Below are positions 1 through 12,057 of a DNA stretch of 64,000 bases, in pieces (the stretch's first letter is position 1; every line of letters starts with the position of its first letter). The stretch comes from Diadema antillarum (taxonomy: Eukaryota): NCBI RefSeq assembly GCF_040938485.1, contig NW_027271493.1:1364001-1428000 (forward strand), written 5' to 3'. The translations under genes and the position numbers were made by a program. The notes beneath the pieces are model-generated. The model saw only the letters and a list, made by a program, of their open reading frames with translations. It searched no databases and was not told the origin of the DNA.

Positions 1-739
1 TGGGAGAAGCTACAGGGCTCGCACCCATATTTCCCCATGTATTATAGGGATGTGTGTTAAAAATCTAATTTCAAAAAATTCTGTAAAATAGCTGGGAGAA
101 ATGAGGTGTTTCAGCTTCACTAACCTGGATAAGTGAGATATACCCTTTCATCCATCAAATTTTCAGGGTGGATTCTTCAGCCCAAATTCTGTCATGGGGT
201 CCGCAAAGCGAGACTACGGGTTCTTGTCACTCAAAAAAAAATCACCTATTTTCCGAACACGTACCCAATGAAATATAGTCCCCTCAAATTCCATCAGAAA
301 AGCTTTCATATTCCAACCCGAAAATGCAGTTTGTAGAGGAATCATACTTAATATCTACAGCTATTCAGTTTTTTGCCAAACTACATCATTGTTTTTTAAT
401 TATTTTTTTCTTCATTTCTTTTGGTATCTTTGGTACGAATTTGTGAAGGGGTCTGGGATATTCCATTGTATTTACGGGTGTGAGCCCTACAACACAGGGC
501 CTATGGGACAGCGCCGAAGTGGTGCATGTAGTAGTCTTGGCGCAGACTCATTTACGACCAACAAGGGTTTGTGCCTGCAAACTACTCGGTCTCGCCGTTC
601 ACCCGTTTCTCGCAGTGCTCGGTGTGGCGAGTTAGTCTCAATCTTCAGCCACAAGGCTTGTTAAAAGGTTACATCTTTGCCTGCTTTGCATTTTGTGGAC
701 GATCACCCAAGTAAACTATTCGGGGGGGGGGGGCGGTTT

Positions 740-962
740 GCCTTGGGAGGGTAGCATGTTGTTAACTCATAAATATATCTATAGTTTGCACGCTGGCCAT
801 AATAGCCTACCTGCCTTTTTCGAAATGTTTAACAATACACTTAAAGAAGAATATGAAAACGTAAGAATTGACTCCCTCATTTGGTCATATTTTATAACTC
901 TTACCATTAGTCCTGCCAAGTTTATTGATAAATGGGATCGTTTGTTTTCACAAAGAAGATGA
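740..962 (+). mobile_element. Possible degenerate C-terminus of a Tx1/L1-type LINE ORF2
   Basis: Translation ...HKYIYS...FFEMFNNTLKEEYENVRI...KFIDKWDRL resembles the KY(Y/I)IY...KF..KW end of Tx1/L1 ORF2 as I recall it; not verified by search. Confidence 0.3.
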
Positions 963-1418
963 AAATGTAATAATTTGGCCCAAATGTGGTGTCCACATAG
1001 TCCCCCCCCCCCCCCCCCCCCCGGTCTACCACAAACAAATCTGAAATTGCAGTTACCATGTAATCGTGCTTTCTCAAAGTTCTAACTTTGATCAACTTCT
1101 GGTTCTAGACTTCTACAATAGAGAAAACATTTGAAAGTTTTAGGATGTAGGCCTACATCTAGGCCTATAAGATATTAATGGTGTTCTTTACCATCTACAT
1201 ATTATATTAACCGATACTAAGACCAACATTACAGCTACACTTATGGTATGTGCAATATATGTGACAGTTGGCCCTGCACGTAGTTTTTTCCCCTCAGCTT
1301 GCCTAAAGATATGGAATTTAACAGTAATCATTTCCTTGATGTTTTTCAAGTGCGGTACAATAACTATTTGACTTCGTCGCACAGCTCTTTCCAGGCCAGC
1401 CACACTGTCTTCTTGCAG

Positions 1419-1593
1419 ATATGTAAGTGCCTTGTTTTTCTTACAAGAGGCCAGCCGAAATCCCACCCTCCCCAAATTAAAGTTGGGGTAGAGTGAGATT
1501 ATGTAGTCCTCCAGCTGATGCAGACCCCAATTCCTATTGATCTCTACTTGTCCGTTTGTTTCAGGACCCGGGGTTTGGGCATAACCTGGAGAG
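1419..1593 (+). other. Two candidate plus-strand micro-exons (1419-1422, 4 nt; 1565-1593, 29 nt)
   Basis: tgtcttcttgcag|ATAT|gtaagt and ttgtttcag|GACCC...GAGAG|gtaagg both have strong acceptor and donor consensus; combined length is 33 nt. Confidence 0.25.
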
Positions 1594-2844
1594 GTAAGGA
1601 AATAAAAATATAAACTTTGAAAGGATGTTAATGCTGCTCTAATTCCCTGTGTACGGTTGGGCCCATTTCTCGGAGTTATCCCCAGCAGAAAAAAAAAGAA
1701 GAAGAAAGGACAGGAACAAAGTTGATTGCTGTATCACTGAATTACTTCTTTCACTTTTCATACTTTTGTATACCAATACTAACCTGCCAGATGCCGAATT
1801 TTGTTATATTTGATTTTTCAAAACCGGTATCGCATGAAATTCTAAAGTCAGATAATGGCACTGCAGTTGTCTTGGCTATACATGGGCATAAAACCGCATA
1901 GATATCTATGCTTCAATTTGAAAGACTTCGCTATAAGGTAGGCCTATAGATTTCTATGTCACTACGATATTATTTGCTCAATAAGAAGACAAATGCATGC
2001 ACATTGTGGGCATAATTATCATGTTCTTCACCCCATTTTTGAAAGAAACAAGTTTGGACTATAGCTATTTTAGCAGAATGATCAATTCTCAGCAATTACG
2101 AAAGTTCGATGTTTGGGAAATGTCCCGTTTCACACAGCAAATTGCTTACGTTAAAAAAAACGGCTTACTCATTACCGAATCCAGTGCTGATTAAGAAGCG
2201 ACATTCTGCCCTCGTTGGAAAGAAATCCGCATTGCTTCTTTTTAGAAGGAACAATCGTGTCTTCCAAAACTGAGCCCTCGCTCTGCCCCTTCTTCTGCGG
2301 TTATCTGAAAAGAAAAATAGGCAAAGAAATTGACATCAAATCTGTGAATTCCACATGTACTATATAAGTGTAGTGCTAGGAAGACTTTGTGTTTACATGT
2401 TATTCTCAGTTGATTCGAACGGCGTATATGGTATGGGATCTCAGCTTGTATTGTAAGCTTACCTCAATTCATTTCAGAGTTAAGACAATATAAGCTAAAT
2501 TTGATTATTCCAATATTGACCTTGCCCATCATGGCTTTTGAGTTACATTGTCTACAAGATCGTATTACTCGATAGGGCCTGATATTGAAGTTGGACAGGC
2601 AAGTTATGGGGAAACATAATGCTCGGGCCATCATTTTGTGGCCGAGGCACATACATAAACATAAACAAATAGTTGTCGATGACGGATACAAAACAGGACC
2701 TTAGATGATGTGAACGATCAATATGCTTATCAATTTCCCGATACACTGATATTAAACCGCAAGTCAAGGTTTGCATTGTAGGGAGTGGCTGATTGAATGT
2801 TAATTCCTATAAACAACTGATAAACTTCATTTGAGAGAGATATA

Positions 2845-3416
2845 AGGGCTTTTTACACTTGTGTTTCTTAACCCCGGACTTTCTCTGACCCAGGACTATC
2901 GTTAGTCCCGTACCATTTTTTTCAGCTTTTTACACTCGCCAATTAGTCCCGTACTATCTCTTGTCCGGGGCTAAGGAGAAAACTGACCTTTTTACACTCG
3001 TATTTCTTAGCCCCGGACTTTCCAAACCACATGAATATTCATAATTACGCTGTGTACTGTACACGTACACGCACGCACCGGCAGCACTTGATTACCTCGT
3101 TTCTGATTGGTCAGTGAGGGTCGGACTTCGTCTCCGTCGCTTAGCCCAGGATTATTTTTTCGTTCTGTTTACACTCACTTGCTTGGCACCGCAATTGCGG
3201 TGCTAGCACCGCAATTGCGGTGCTAACCCCTGCTATTTTGCAGGGCCAGATAGTACCGTACTATCGGTGGGGCTAGCCCACTTTGGCAAAAACGAGTGTA
3301 AACAGAAAGTGGGCTAAGGATAGTCCCGTACCAACGGTGGGGCTAAGGCCCCCCCCCCCCCTTAGCCCCACCGTTGGTCCGGGGCTAAGCAAAAATTTAC
3401 AAGTGTAAAAAGCCCT
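2845..3416. mobile_element. Non-autonomous DNA transposon (MITE), PIF/Harbinger-like
   Basis: Terminal inverted repeats AGGGCTTTTTACACTTGT ... ACAAGTGTAAAAAGCCCT with ATA on both flanks; internal repeated TTAGCCCCGGAC and GTCCCGTAC motifs; central 38-bp palindrome. Confidence 0.8.
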
Positions 3417-3454
3417 ATAAAGATTTAAGTGAAAAGCAACAAACTTGGCCAAAA

Positions 3455-3751
3455 CTAGGAAGGGCTCATGGCAGTACCTCTTCTCCTTTGTTCGTTGGCG
3501 TCCTGCACGCGGCGTCTCTGGAACTGCGACCGTGTAGTCTGGAGCACAGATCCCACAAAATCTGAGTCTGAGTCACTACTATCTGGTGGCTGTTCCTGAC
3601 GTCCTTCACGGACACTTCTAATGGCAGCTAGTGCAGATGATACGAGATCCTGCGCCGAATATTCATTGGTGCGTGTTCTCCCCCTGGATCTTGACCGAGA
3701 ATGTGACGCGTTGGCAGAAGGCTCTTCATCTGGTCTGTTGTCATCCGCCAT
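3455..3751 (-). CDS. 98-aa ORF of unknown origin (acidic, Ser/Arg-rich; possible transposon ORF remnant)
   Basis: GC-rich island in AT-rich DNA; MADDNRPDEEPSANASHSRSRSRGR...DSSDSDSD looks like disordered protein; no recognisable domain. Confidence 0.3.
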   Translation of the reverse strand: MADDNRPDEEPSANASHSRSRSRGRTRTNEYSAQDLVSSALAAIRSVREGRQEQPPDSSDSDSDFVGSVLQTTRSQFQRRRVQDANEQRRRGTAMSPS

Positions 3752-4038
3752 TTCAGATCTAAATTAGGTTTGAAACAATAAAAGGAAAGCCCGTGATCAG
3801 ATTTCAGGAAATAAGACATTTTATACACTTCCATGGGGAGAGTAGATCTGCAGACAGCCCGAGCGTGTAATGTCATGGTGTAGAGTTCGGAATGCATGCA
3901 GCTTATATGTAAATGCACTTTAAACTAATGTTTATTGATATGGTAATACTATTTCCGGAAGAGGTGTATAAATCTTAATGTTATAATCTATATCTTGACA
4001 ACTATGGTAGCATAAAATGATGAAAGCATGGTCTCTAA

Positions 4039-4648
4039 AGAGGAAATCCAGCCCAAATATAAGTTATAGTCTGATAAGAAAGAGAAAAATATTACTAGTT
4101 CAATGGTATAAATTTAATCGAAATCCGATGGAAAATGAGGAAGGTATAATATTTTGAAGTTTCGCTACTTTGGGGGGAAACAGTTCTTGAACAATCAATA
4201 TGAATATGCAAATAACAAAGTGAGCATGTCATTCCCTCACAATTTACCATATAGTTTATACATAAAATTTTGAAATTTCCAGTTTTTCATTCAAACGCAA
4301 TTATGCCCGAGGCTCAAATCTTCGTATATCTAACTGATCACTATTCTGAAGTTATTCAACCAGGCATAACGTCATGTTTCAGACTTCAATGACAAAAACA
4401 GTGAATTTTCGTCACTTTTTTAACACGATCAATGGAAAATTGTGAGGGTATCAATGGTAAGCTCACACATTTGCATATTCATATCCACCGTAGAAGAACT
4501 TTTTTTTTTCAGAAATTAGCAAGACTCCAAAATGTCATAACTTCCTTATTTGTCATAAGATTCCAATAAGATTTTTACCATTGAACTCGTAAGATTTTAC
4601 TCTTTTTTTTTATCAGACTATAACTTATACTTGGACCGGATTTCCTCT
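4039..4648. mobile_element. MITE with TTAA-type target site (Kolobok-like)
   Basis: Long imperfect TIRs AGAGGAAATCC...TATAAGTTATAGTCTGATAA / TTATCAGACTATAACTTATA...GGATTTCCTCT, flanked by CTAA and TTAA. Confidence 0.75.
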
Positions 4649-5743
4649 TTAAGTCATGAGACATTACACACGTCTGGTCTGTTAATTACCGCTACAGGTA
4701 TGTTAGTAAACTTTACGAAGCAGGCTTTGACCTAGAACTTTCCCCCATTTTGCTAAATGTGATGACTGTGTTTTCTTACAATTTATCCCTTTACATTAAA
4801 TAAGCTCAATCGATCCAGCCTACAACAAAAAACAATTAGTGAAATAATCATTAGGTTTTGGCCTTGCCTGATCGACAGCCAATACTTATACGATAACTCT
4901 AAATCAAATAATTGTTCTTTATCACATCTCACAATATTGCACCACTGCAGTCGATTAAACTCGGCCAGGTCTGGTTGGTCTGGTTCATCGTTATCGCGTT
5001 GAAGGTGACATTATTGGGGATTAAGCCTTGATCTTTGACCCTGAACTTCAGCCATTCAAGTGAAAGCCTTAATTACGTTGGACATAATCATTGTACTTCA
5101 GCCTTGTGCAAAGTTTCTTTGAAAATAACACTGAAATTTCAGGGCTTTATCCCAGCATAATTATGACCACAAACCAAAGAAATATACTTAGCACTCAAAT
5201 TTCGACACCGATTTGAAGGAGCCGTCAGAATTTTGATTGTTGCATGCATGCAAAACTACCTATGATGGCATGTGCACCTACACGAAGTGTTGATGCTAAT
5301 TTATGTCTAAATTAATAAAATGACATTAATCTACGTCTAAATAAACAAACTTAATCATGTTTATAATACTTAGTGAAAATGAGTTGTCCGAATCACGATT
5401 CAAAAGTAATGAAAACATCTTGCTATAGGTGACTTATAACTTGAACATTGAATTCACACAAAAGTTTTGAGCTGTTTCTATTTTTAATCATAATAGCTGA
5501 ACGTACATGCAAAGTCATAAGAAAAAAAGAAGAAAAAAGAAGAGTCAAAGAAATAAGGCATAATTTTAGTTTAAGGGATTTGATTTCCTTTTATAGGTCA
5601 AGTGTTATCGAAGTCAAAGCTTCTTCGCTATTTATGACAGATTCGGCTTGTAAACGACATAAAACATGAATCAACACTCACCTCTCGTGACCGTTGCAAC
5701 GCGACCTTACATTTCTCTTGGTATTATTTCCAAATACCATTAA

Positions 5744-6130
5744 AGGGCGTGTACAGTTCTGATCGAGATGTAGATTTAGCTTTTAACATTTTGCGAGATA
5801 TTCAGAAACCACTCCATGAGATGTCAAAGAGCATGCAGTTCTAAGGGGGTATCAAAAGTTTATTCGATGAAAATCGATTTTAAAATGGCTGAGATATCCA
5901 AAAACAAGGTGAAACAAAGAGATCCTAATAAAGTTGTGGCATGTCGCCTTTTATCATTAACACTTTTTTTTTTGATATCTCAGCCATTTGAAAACCAATT
6001 TTCATCAAATAAACATTGAATCCTTCTTGAAATTACATGCTCTTTCATATTTCATAAGAGGCTTTTCATTATCTCACTTAGGAATGTTCAAAACCTGAAT
6101 CCCTACCTCAACCAGTACTGTACAGTCCCT
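5744..6130. mobile_element. MITE with TTAA target-site duplication (Kolobok-like)
   Basis: TTAA|AGGGCGTGTACAGTTCTG ... CAGTACTGTACAGTCCCT|TTAA imperfect TIRs. Confidence 0.75.
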
Positions 6131-6257
6131 TTAACGACAAGATCAAGACTGGTAACTAATTTGAATTTTCCCCCTCTCTCCCTTCCCCTCCCTCTCCTAC
6201 ACCCTACTCCCCTCCCTCCCTCCCCCCCCCTCTCTCTCTCCTTCTCTCCATTCACAG

Positions 6258-6319
6258 GAAGCGACTCGAGGGAGGGAGAAAGAATGTATGAGTCTAAACC
6301 AAGACCGGTAGTCGTTTAG
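6258..6319 (+). CDS. Candidate terminal exon of a convergent plus-strand gene
   Basis: Long polypyrimidine tract (about 6170-6250) then ttcacag|GAAGCG; phase-1 reading GSDSREGERMYESKPRPVVV*; no homology recognised. Confidence 0.25.
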
Positions 6320-8184
6320 GCACTCCTTGTACCTATCGTTGCTATTACGAAAACTCTGGAGCAGCGTTACTACTTTGTTGTATCAAGTAACGGACACATT
6401 ATTATACTATTGTGTCAACCGACACATTAAGAAAGCTCACCCTAGTCACTGTCCGTGTATTAAACAAATTTAAAAAAAAATCACAAATAAGCAAAGCGTT
6501 GTCATTTTCGAGACTAGCGTATACGTAGAAAATGCAACTTTTTTTTTTCATGAAGGACTACAGTAACCAAATTGTCACTGTTCTCGCTAAAGAAAACGAT
6601 CACGTAGACTACTTCATGGAACGTTTCTTATTCATGTATAAAATGAAATATTGAAATTGCTTACCATTTTCACTGAAAGCTCGATAATTGTCCGCAACCT
6701 TGAACTTTTTTCCAGTGCAAAGTATGTCTCCTCCTCTGAAGCGTTGTGAGAGTAAATGTAACCACGTGTTTTGCCAAAGCCGACGAGAGGATCGTTCGAG
6801 CTGCACTGATCTAGACCCGATCACTCCTCTTTGCCGAACATTTTTAATGCTCTGATTATGATTTCCTTTCCCACGTGGTGAAATTGATGCCACTGTACTT
6901 CTCCAAAATCGATTTGCAGAAAATAATTCTTTCACAAAATATAACATCCCGTGTTCTTATTCTTTCCTTTACTCCAGAGGAGTTACTTTGTTCTCCGCGG
7001 ATGACTTATGATGTTATCACAAGTCAAGCGATTTTCTATGAAATACTCTCCGGTTAAAGCTGTTCTTCGGTGTTCTCAGGCAAACAGAGCAGTTTTCATG
7101 CCTTATATTCACTCTACAAAAAAAAAGCATTTTATTCCAGCATAATAGTTATGTCCGTGGGGAATCATTTAATTCTGACTATTATACACTATCACAATGA
7201 AGTAAAGATAACAAAATCGGACTTACTTCAAAGTCACAGATATTCTAATCCCCCCCCCCCCTCAATTTCCCGCCATGATGCACTGATTTGGCAGAGACTG
7301 GTTCATTAAATGATACAGCTCTCTCCCGGCCTCCCCCTGTATCTCCTCCAAGTTAATAAGAGAAATTTCTCAGATTAACATAATTGAAGTCCTTTGTACT
7401 TCTACTTTCTTAATTCTCACTCCAATTCTAACAGTTTATTTGCCATACTGCTGCACGAAACTCCTCAGAAAATCTGAATATTATCTTCCGAGGCTCTTCT
7501 TGCTCTGGTCTAAAGACTTTTGGGCTTGTGCATTCCAGTTTTGTTCTCCCAGATTACACATTGAATTATTTTACAAAATCATTAACATTGTACTATGGGA
7601 GCAGGCAAACTGTATACCTAACACTATACACACGTCCGTTCTGGAGGAGTGATTTTTGAGGAGTGAGAAAATATCTTTAACAGAAATACGTTGCGTTATC
7701 TGACCACAAGCCGACACCAGTGGTGGACATTTTGGCAGGTTTAAGACTCCCTCTCCGCACCCTGCCATGCGACTCGCAGTCTCTCTGCTGACATACACAG
7801 ACCAGAGGGTAATTGCCCTCGCTCAGTCCTCCGCGTTGCAAACACGTGGTGTGTTTTTATAAAACACATACACATACAATCACACGTTATGTTATCATCC
7901 ATTTGGTGTAAGAGTCTTATACTGTAAGGGGGACTACCACACAGGCAAAAATATATCAGAATTAACAATAACGTAGATAGACAACAATTTGAGGACCAGA
8001 ACGACGTATTGAATGTAGGCCCTAACTGAACATTCTATCATTGAATTCATGATACGTTGCAAAACAATTAATTTGTATCAACTATTCATCGAGTATATGA
8101 TTGTGTAGGTCTCTTAGTTATTTCTATTTCGAAAGTTATTGTTCTATAAACGTTAGCAGTAGTATGGACATTCCAAGTAAATAT

Positions 8185-8920
8185 CCCTGTGTATCTCGGC
8201 GTTTCACAAACTGTCGAATTCACAGTTGAATTCCAGCGCAAAACTAATGCTCGAATTCCCTTTGTATTTCTGCCCTCAACTAATGCTCGAATTCACAGTG
8301 AAATTTCTGCACTGAACTAACGCTCGAATTCCCTGTGTATTTCTGCGCTCAACTAACGCTCGAATTCACAGTGATTTTCTGCACTGAAATAACGCTCGAA
8401 TTCCCTCTGTATTTCTGCGCTCAACTAACGCTCGAATTCACAGTTGAATTTCAGCGCAAAACTAACGCTCGAATTCACTTTGTATTTCTGCGCTCAACTA
8501 ACGCTCGAATTCAGAGGGATTTACTGCACTGAACTAAAGCTCGAAATCCCTGTGTATTTCTGCGCTCAACTAACGCTCGAATTCACAGTTGAATTTCAGC
8601 GCAAAACTAACGCTCGAATTCACTTTGTATTTCTGCGCTCAACTAACGCTCGAATTCACAGGGATTTACTGCACTGAACTAACGCTCGAGTTCCCTGTGT
8701 ATTTCTGCGCTCAACTAACGCTCGAATTCACAGTTGAATTTCAGCGCAAAACTAACGCTCGAATTCACTTTGTATTTCTGCGCTCAACTAACGCTCGAAT
8801 TCACAGGGATTTACTGCACTGAACTAACGCTCGAATTCCCTGTGTATTTCTGCGCTCAACTAACGCTCGAATTCACAGTTGAATTTCAGCGCAAAACTAA
8901 CGCTCAAATTCCCTGTGAAT
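8185..8920. repeat. 36-bp minisatellite with 145-bp (4-monomer) higher-order repeat
   Basis: AACGCTCGAA recurs at 8355, 8391, 8427, 8464, 8500, 8536, 8572, 8609 (36/36/37/36 spacing); ORF track repeats at a 145-bp offset (8444, 8589, 8734). Confidence 0.95.
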
Positions 8921-9485
8921 TACTGATATCACAAATTCGATTTTGTGATATCAATAATTCAATTCGTGATATCACAAAATAGAATTTGTGATATCAGAAA
9001 TTCGCATTTGTGATATCACAAATAAGAATTCTTGATATCACAAATTCAAATTAGTGATATCAAAAATTTATTTCGTGATATCACAAATTCGAATTTGTGA
9101 TATCAAAAAATCATTTTGTGATATCACGAATTACCATTGGTTTTTCACGTGAAACCTATTTTTGATATCAAAAATTCGAATTTCTGATATCACAAATTCA
9201 TTTAGTGATATCTCAAATTGAATTTTAGATATCACAAATTCGAATTTCTGATATCACAAATTGAATTTGTGATATCAAGAATGGATTTTGTGATATCACA
9301 AATTCGATTTCTTGATATCACAAATTAAGTTCATGTGCTACACTTACGGGAATTTGTGATATCACAAATTGAATTCTTGATATCACAAATTGAATTCTTG
9401 ATATCAAAAATTTGATTTTTTGATATCACAAAATGGAATTTGTGATATCAGAAATTAACTTTAAATGTAAAAAAGGCTTGCCATA
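8921..9485. repeat. Array of ~20-bp units built on the palindrome TTGTGATATCACAA
   Basis: GATATC-centred motif recurs about every 20 bp for ~550 bp and ends in ...TAAATGTAAAAAAGGCTTGCCATA; probably the repeat core of a non-autonomous element. Confidence 0.85.
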
Positions 9486-9619
9486 CGCACACACATTCAC
9501 CACCATCACACATCAGAGTGTATTTTCCCCTGCTTTCTTCGCAGCAGAATTTGTATTGTTACGAATCTAGTACGTCCCTACCTTTTCCTCGGACCGGCCA
9601 TCTTTTCGAGCAATGCTTA

Positions 9620-9860
9620 CTAATGGCGGCCCTCTGCATGATCGCTTCTTAACTACAATTGTTATTGTAATCCATGCTGCATAGACATGCATACTGTATA
9701 ATTTATTATACCATTAATTTCCTTTTATATCTTTGTTTATGCAAGTTAAAAGACTATGTTTTAAATATACTTTGTATGTTTCCCACATGTTCATGACTAT
9801 GTATCTGATGTATATTCATTTGCAGAAAATAAAGTGTCTATCAAACAAATCAAATCAAAA
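9620..9860 (+). mobile_element. Dispersed repeat, probably a LINE 3' end (second copy at ~46950-47175)
   Basis: GCTGCATAGACATGCATACTGTA...TTTCCCACATGTTCATGA...GCAGAAAATAAAGT followed by an AATC-like tail occurs here and in the gene-2 intron at 46.95-47.17 kb. Confidence 0.6.
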
Positions 9861-10246
9861 TAAGTTTGAAAATAAACCGGAAAACCTATATCTTATTTTA
9901 CAAGACCTCAATCCTTTCTCTAAAACCTTCGGTGCAGCTAGATTATATCCATATTGTTAAATTCACAGAACTGTTAAAACACTCTATATCAATAAAATGA
10001 ATAAACTCTGCAAGCAAGATGCAACAAGAGAATGATTTATGAAAACTTTTCGTTCCTTGCATACGTGAAAAAAAAATATTGCAGGAGCCAATGATAAGGA
10101 GGTTCTTTTAGTCTGTAATAAACGTGACTCGTCTCTCGACTAGTGAGGTAATATACGCTGCTATATCCTTTTCACAGTGTGTATTCAAACTTTCTCTGTG
10201 GTAACCTGACAATCTATCAACAGAAAAAGAAGAGGGGATCACCCCA

Positions 10247-10458
10247 AGAGACCACCACCCACAAGTTATACAGCCCAAGAGTTTGACATTGAAGAAAAAT
10301 ACACGAGTCATACAGCAAATGAGTTCAGCACTTAGGACTGTAAAAACACCCAACGAGTTCGACATTGAAACACGTGTCGGCAACAGTGTGTCGGTCTCGT
10401 GGGCCTTGTTTGCGAAGTGTCGAACTCGTGGGATGTGTGACTCGTGGATTTTCTCTCT
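10247..10458. mobile_element. Palindromic MITE shared by both duplication copies (also ~41821-42192)
   Basis: Arms AGAGACC..CCCACAAGTTATACAGCCC and GGGCTGTGTAACTCGTGGGTTGTCTCT (clearest in copy 2); copy 2 carries an extra nested TTCGGAATAACGAACC-type insertion at ~41921-42075. Confidence 0.55.
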
Positions 10459-10872
10459 GTGAGGTCTTTTTTTTAGTTCACAAATAGCAGCATTTGTACC
10501 ATTAGACAAGGCAATTTATCCCCGTTATAAGTTCTTTGGAGTGGACGTAATGTCAATAGGTCCAGGGTTGCTTGCCTTAATACATATCAAGGCGGATGAA
10601 TACAGTTTAGATAGCGCTTTTTTGTCTCACACTGTTCCCTCTTGGTAACGTCTAGAAATTGTATCTTTTATACTATAAATTTTGGTTTGGCGACTACGCT
10701 TGTTTTATGCTGTTTTTGTTACGATGTAGTAAAACAATAACTATAAAATTAAATCTTTATCACTTTTTTTAATGAATGAGTTTGCCCATGTGTGTATTTA
10801 CAGTACACAAAACACACACAAAAATTCACTTTTTTTTTCAAGAAAAACATACTTAATCTCTCCAAAATTGTC

Positions 10873-10961
<89 letters not shown>

Positions 10962-11824
10962 TAGACACAATGTACAGTAGAAATCAGCCTACAGTCGCAT
11001 TGTAAAAGGAAATACTTGCATTTACAGCAAAGAAAAATAGGTTAACTTGTTGTGTGAACTGATTTTTATGAGAAAAGATGAGCCGTTCATAAACGTGAAT
11101 ATACATTTTTAAAAATTCAGATAAAAAAGTAGTTAGATGATGGAAAAGTTGAAATACGTAAATATGTACATTTCATTGTGAAAAGCTGTGCATTAGTAAA
11201 GAAATGGTATTATTAGGGACCACCTCGCGAAAAACAATGCATTGGTAATGATGGACCACTTACCTCATATTTTGTCCGCTATTTGTAATTGTTGTTAAAA
11301 GTTTTTATTCTTTTTAAAGTATTCAGTCGAACATGGATCTCGTATTTGCAATGTTGAAATGAAAATTCCTTTGAAAGTGCAGGAAAATGCATCTGCATCT
11401 TCCTCTATTGGTCATCGCATAGTGAGATGTTGGATGCGTCTGTTGATGGCCCTGGCGGAGAATATTGTGGTCTCGGCAGTAGGCCTACTCCTCAGTCCTA
11501 ACGACCCCATGTAAATACCGGTTTATACAACAGCCTTATAATAAATATAAATAATATTTGTGTTTTCTTTTTGCAATTGACAAACAATACGGTTATATGC
11601 CTTTTCTTCATACTAATCACTTGATTTCTTCGACAAAAAAGGATGAAATAACCAACTATACTACCGACAACTGTACGTGTATGTTTTTTTTTATCCGTTG
11701 TATGAAACCATAAATGAGAAAATGTAGTGTTTGGGCATCACGAAGGCTTATGAAACTGAGATTACATTTATTATTTGTCAACGGTAAATCTTTACAGGTT
11801 TTATCACATCTATATTAACACAAA

Positions 11825-11860
<36 letters not shown>

Positions 11861-11891
11861 TAAGATTAGCAAATTGGTATTGGATACATAC

Positions 11892-12057
11892 GTCTAACGT
11901 TCAGAGTGGCTGATTGTTGAGAACCGGAAATGATGCACTGTAGCGTCTTCCCGTGATGAAAGGAGGAAGGGGTGAAGGTCAACACACTTTCGATGTTGTA
12001 ATACGTCTTGTAGTGATAGCAGCGATCCGTGCAGTAAGAGGGATTAGAGTAACAATA
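11892..12057 (-). CDS. Gene 1: C-terminal half of the split N-terminal Ig domain
   Basis: YCYSNPSYCTDRCYHYKTYYNIESVLTFTPSSFHHGKTLQCIISGSQQSATLNVR then phase-1 donor C|gtatgt; SVLTFTP...GKTLQC...ATLNV matches E-F-G strands of a C2-type Ig domain; 7 synonymous changes versus the 43648-43813 copy. 5' boundary unresolved. Confidence 0.8.

Noticed and set aside
8185-9485. CRISPR-like array
   Set aside because: Eukaryotic context, contiguous tandem monomers without unique spacers, no cas genes.
10108-10509. 133-aa minus-strand ORF
   Set aside because: Spans a palindromic MITE and is disrupted in the paralog at 41.7-42.2 kb.
10749-11005. ORFs with YI/TH/CV runs (also near 24.5, 42.5, 47.4 and 57.0 kb)
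   Set aside because: Translations of (TA)n and (CA)n microsatellites.
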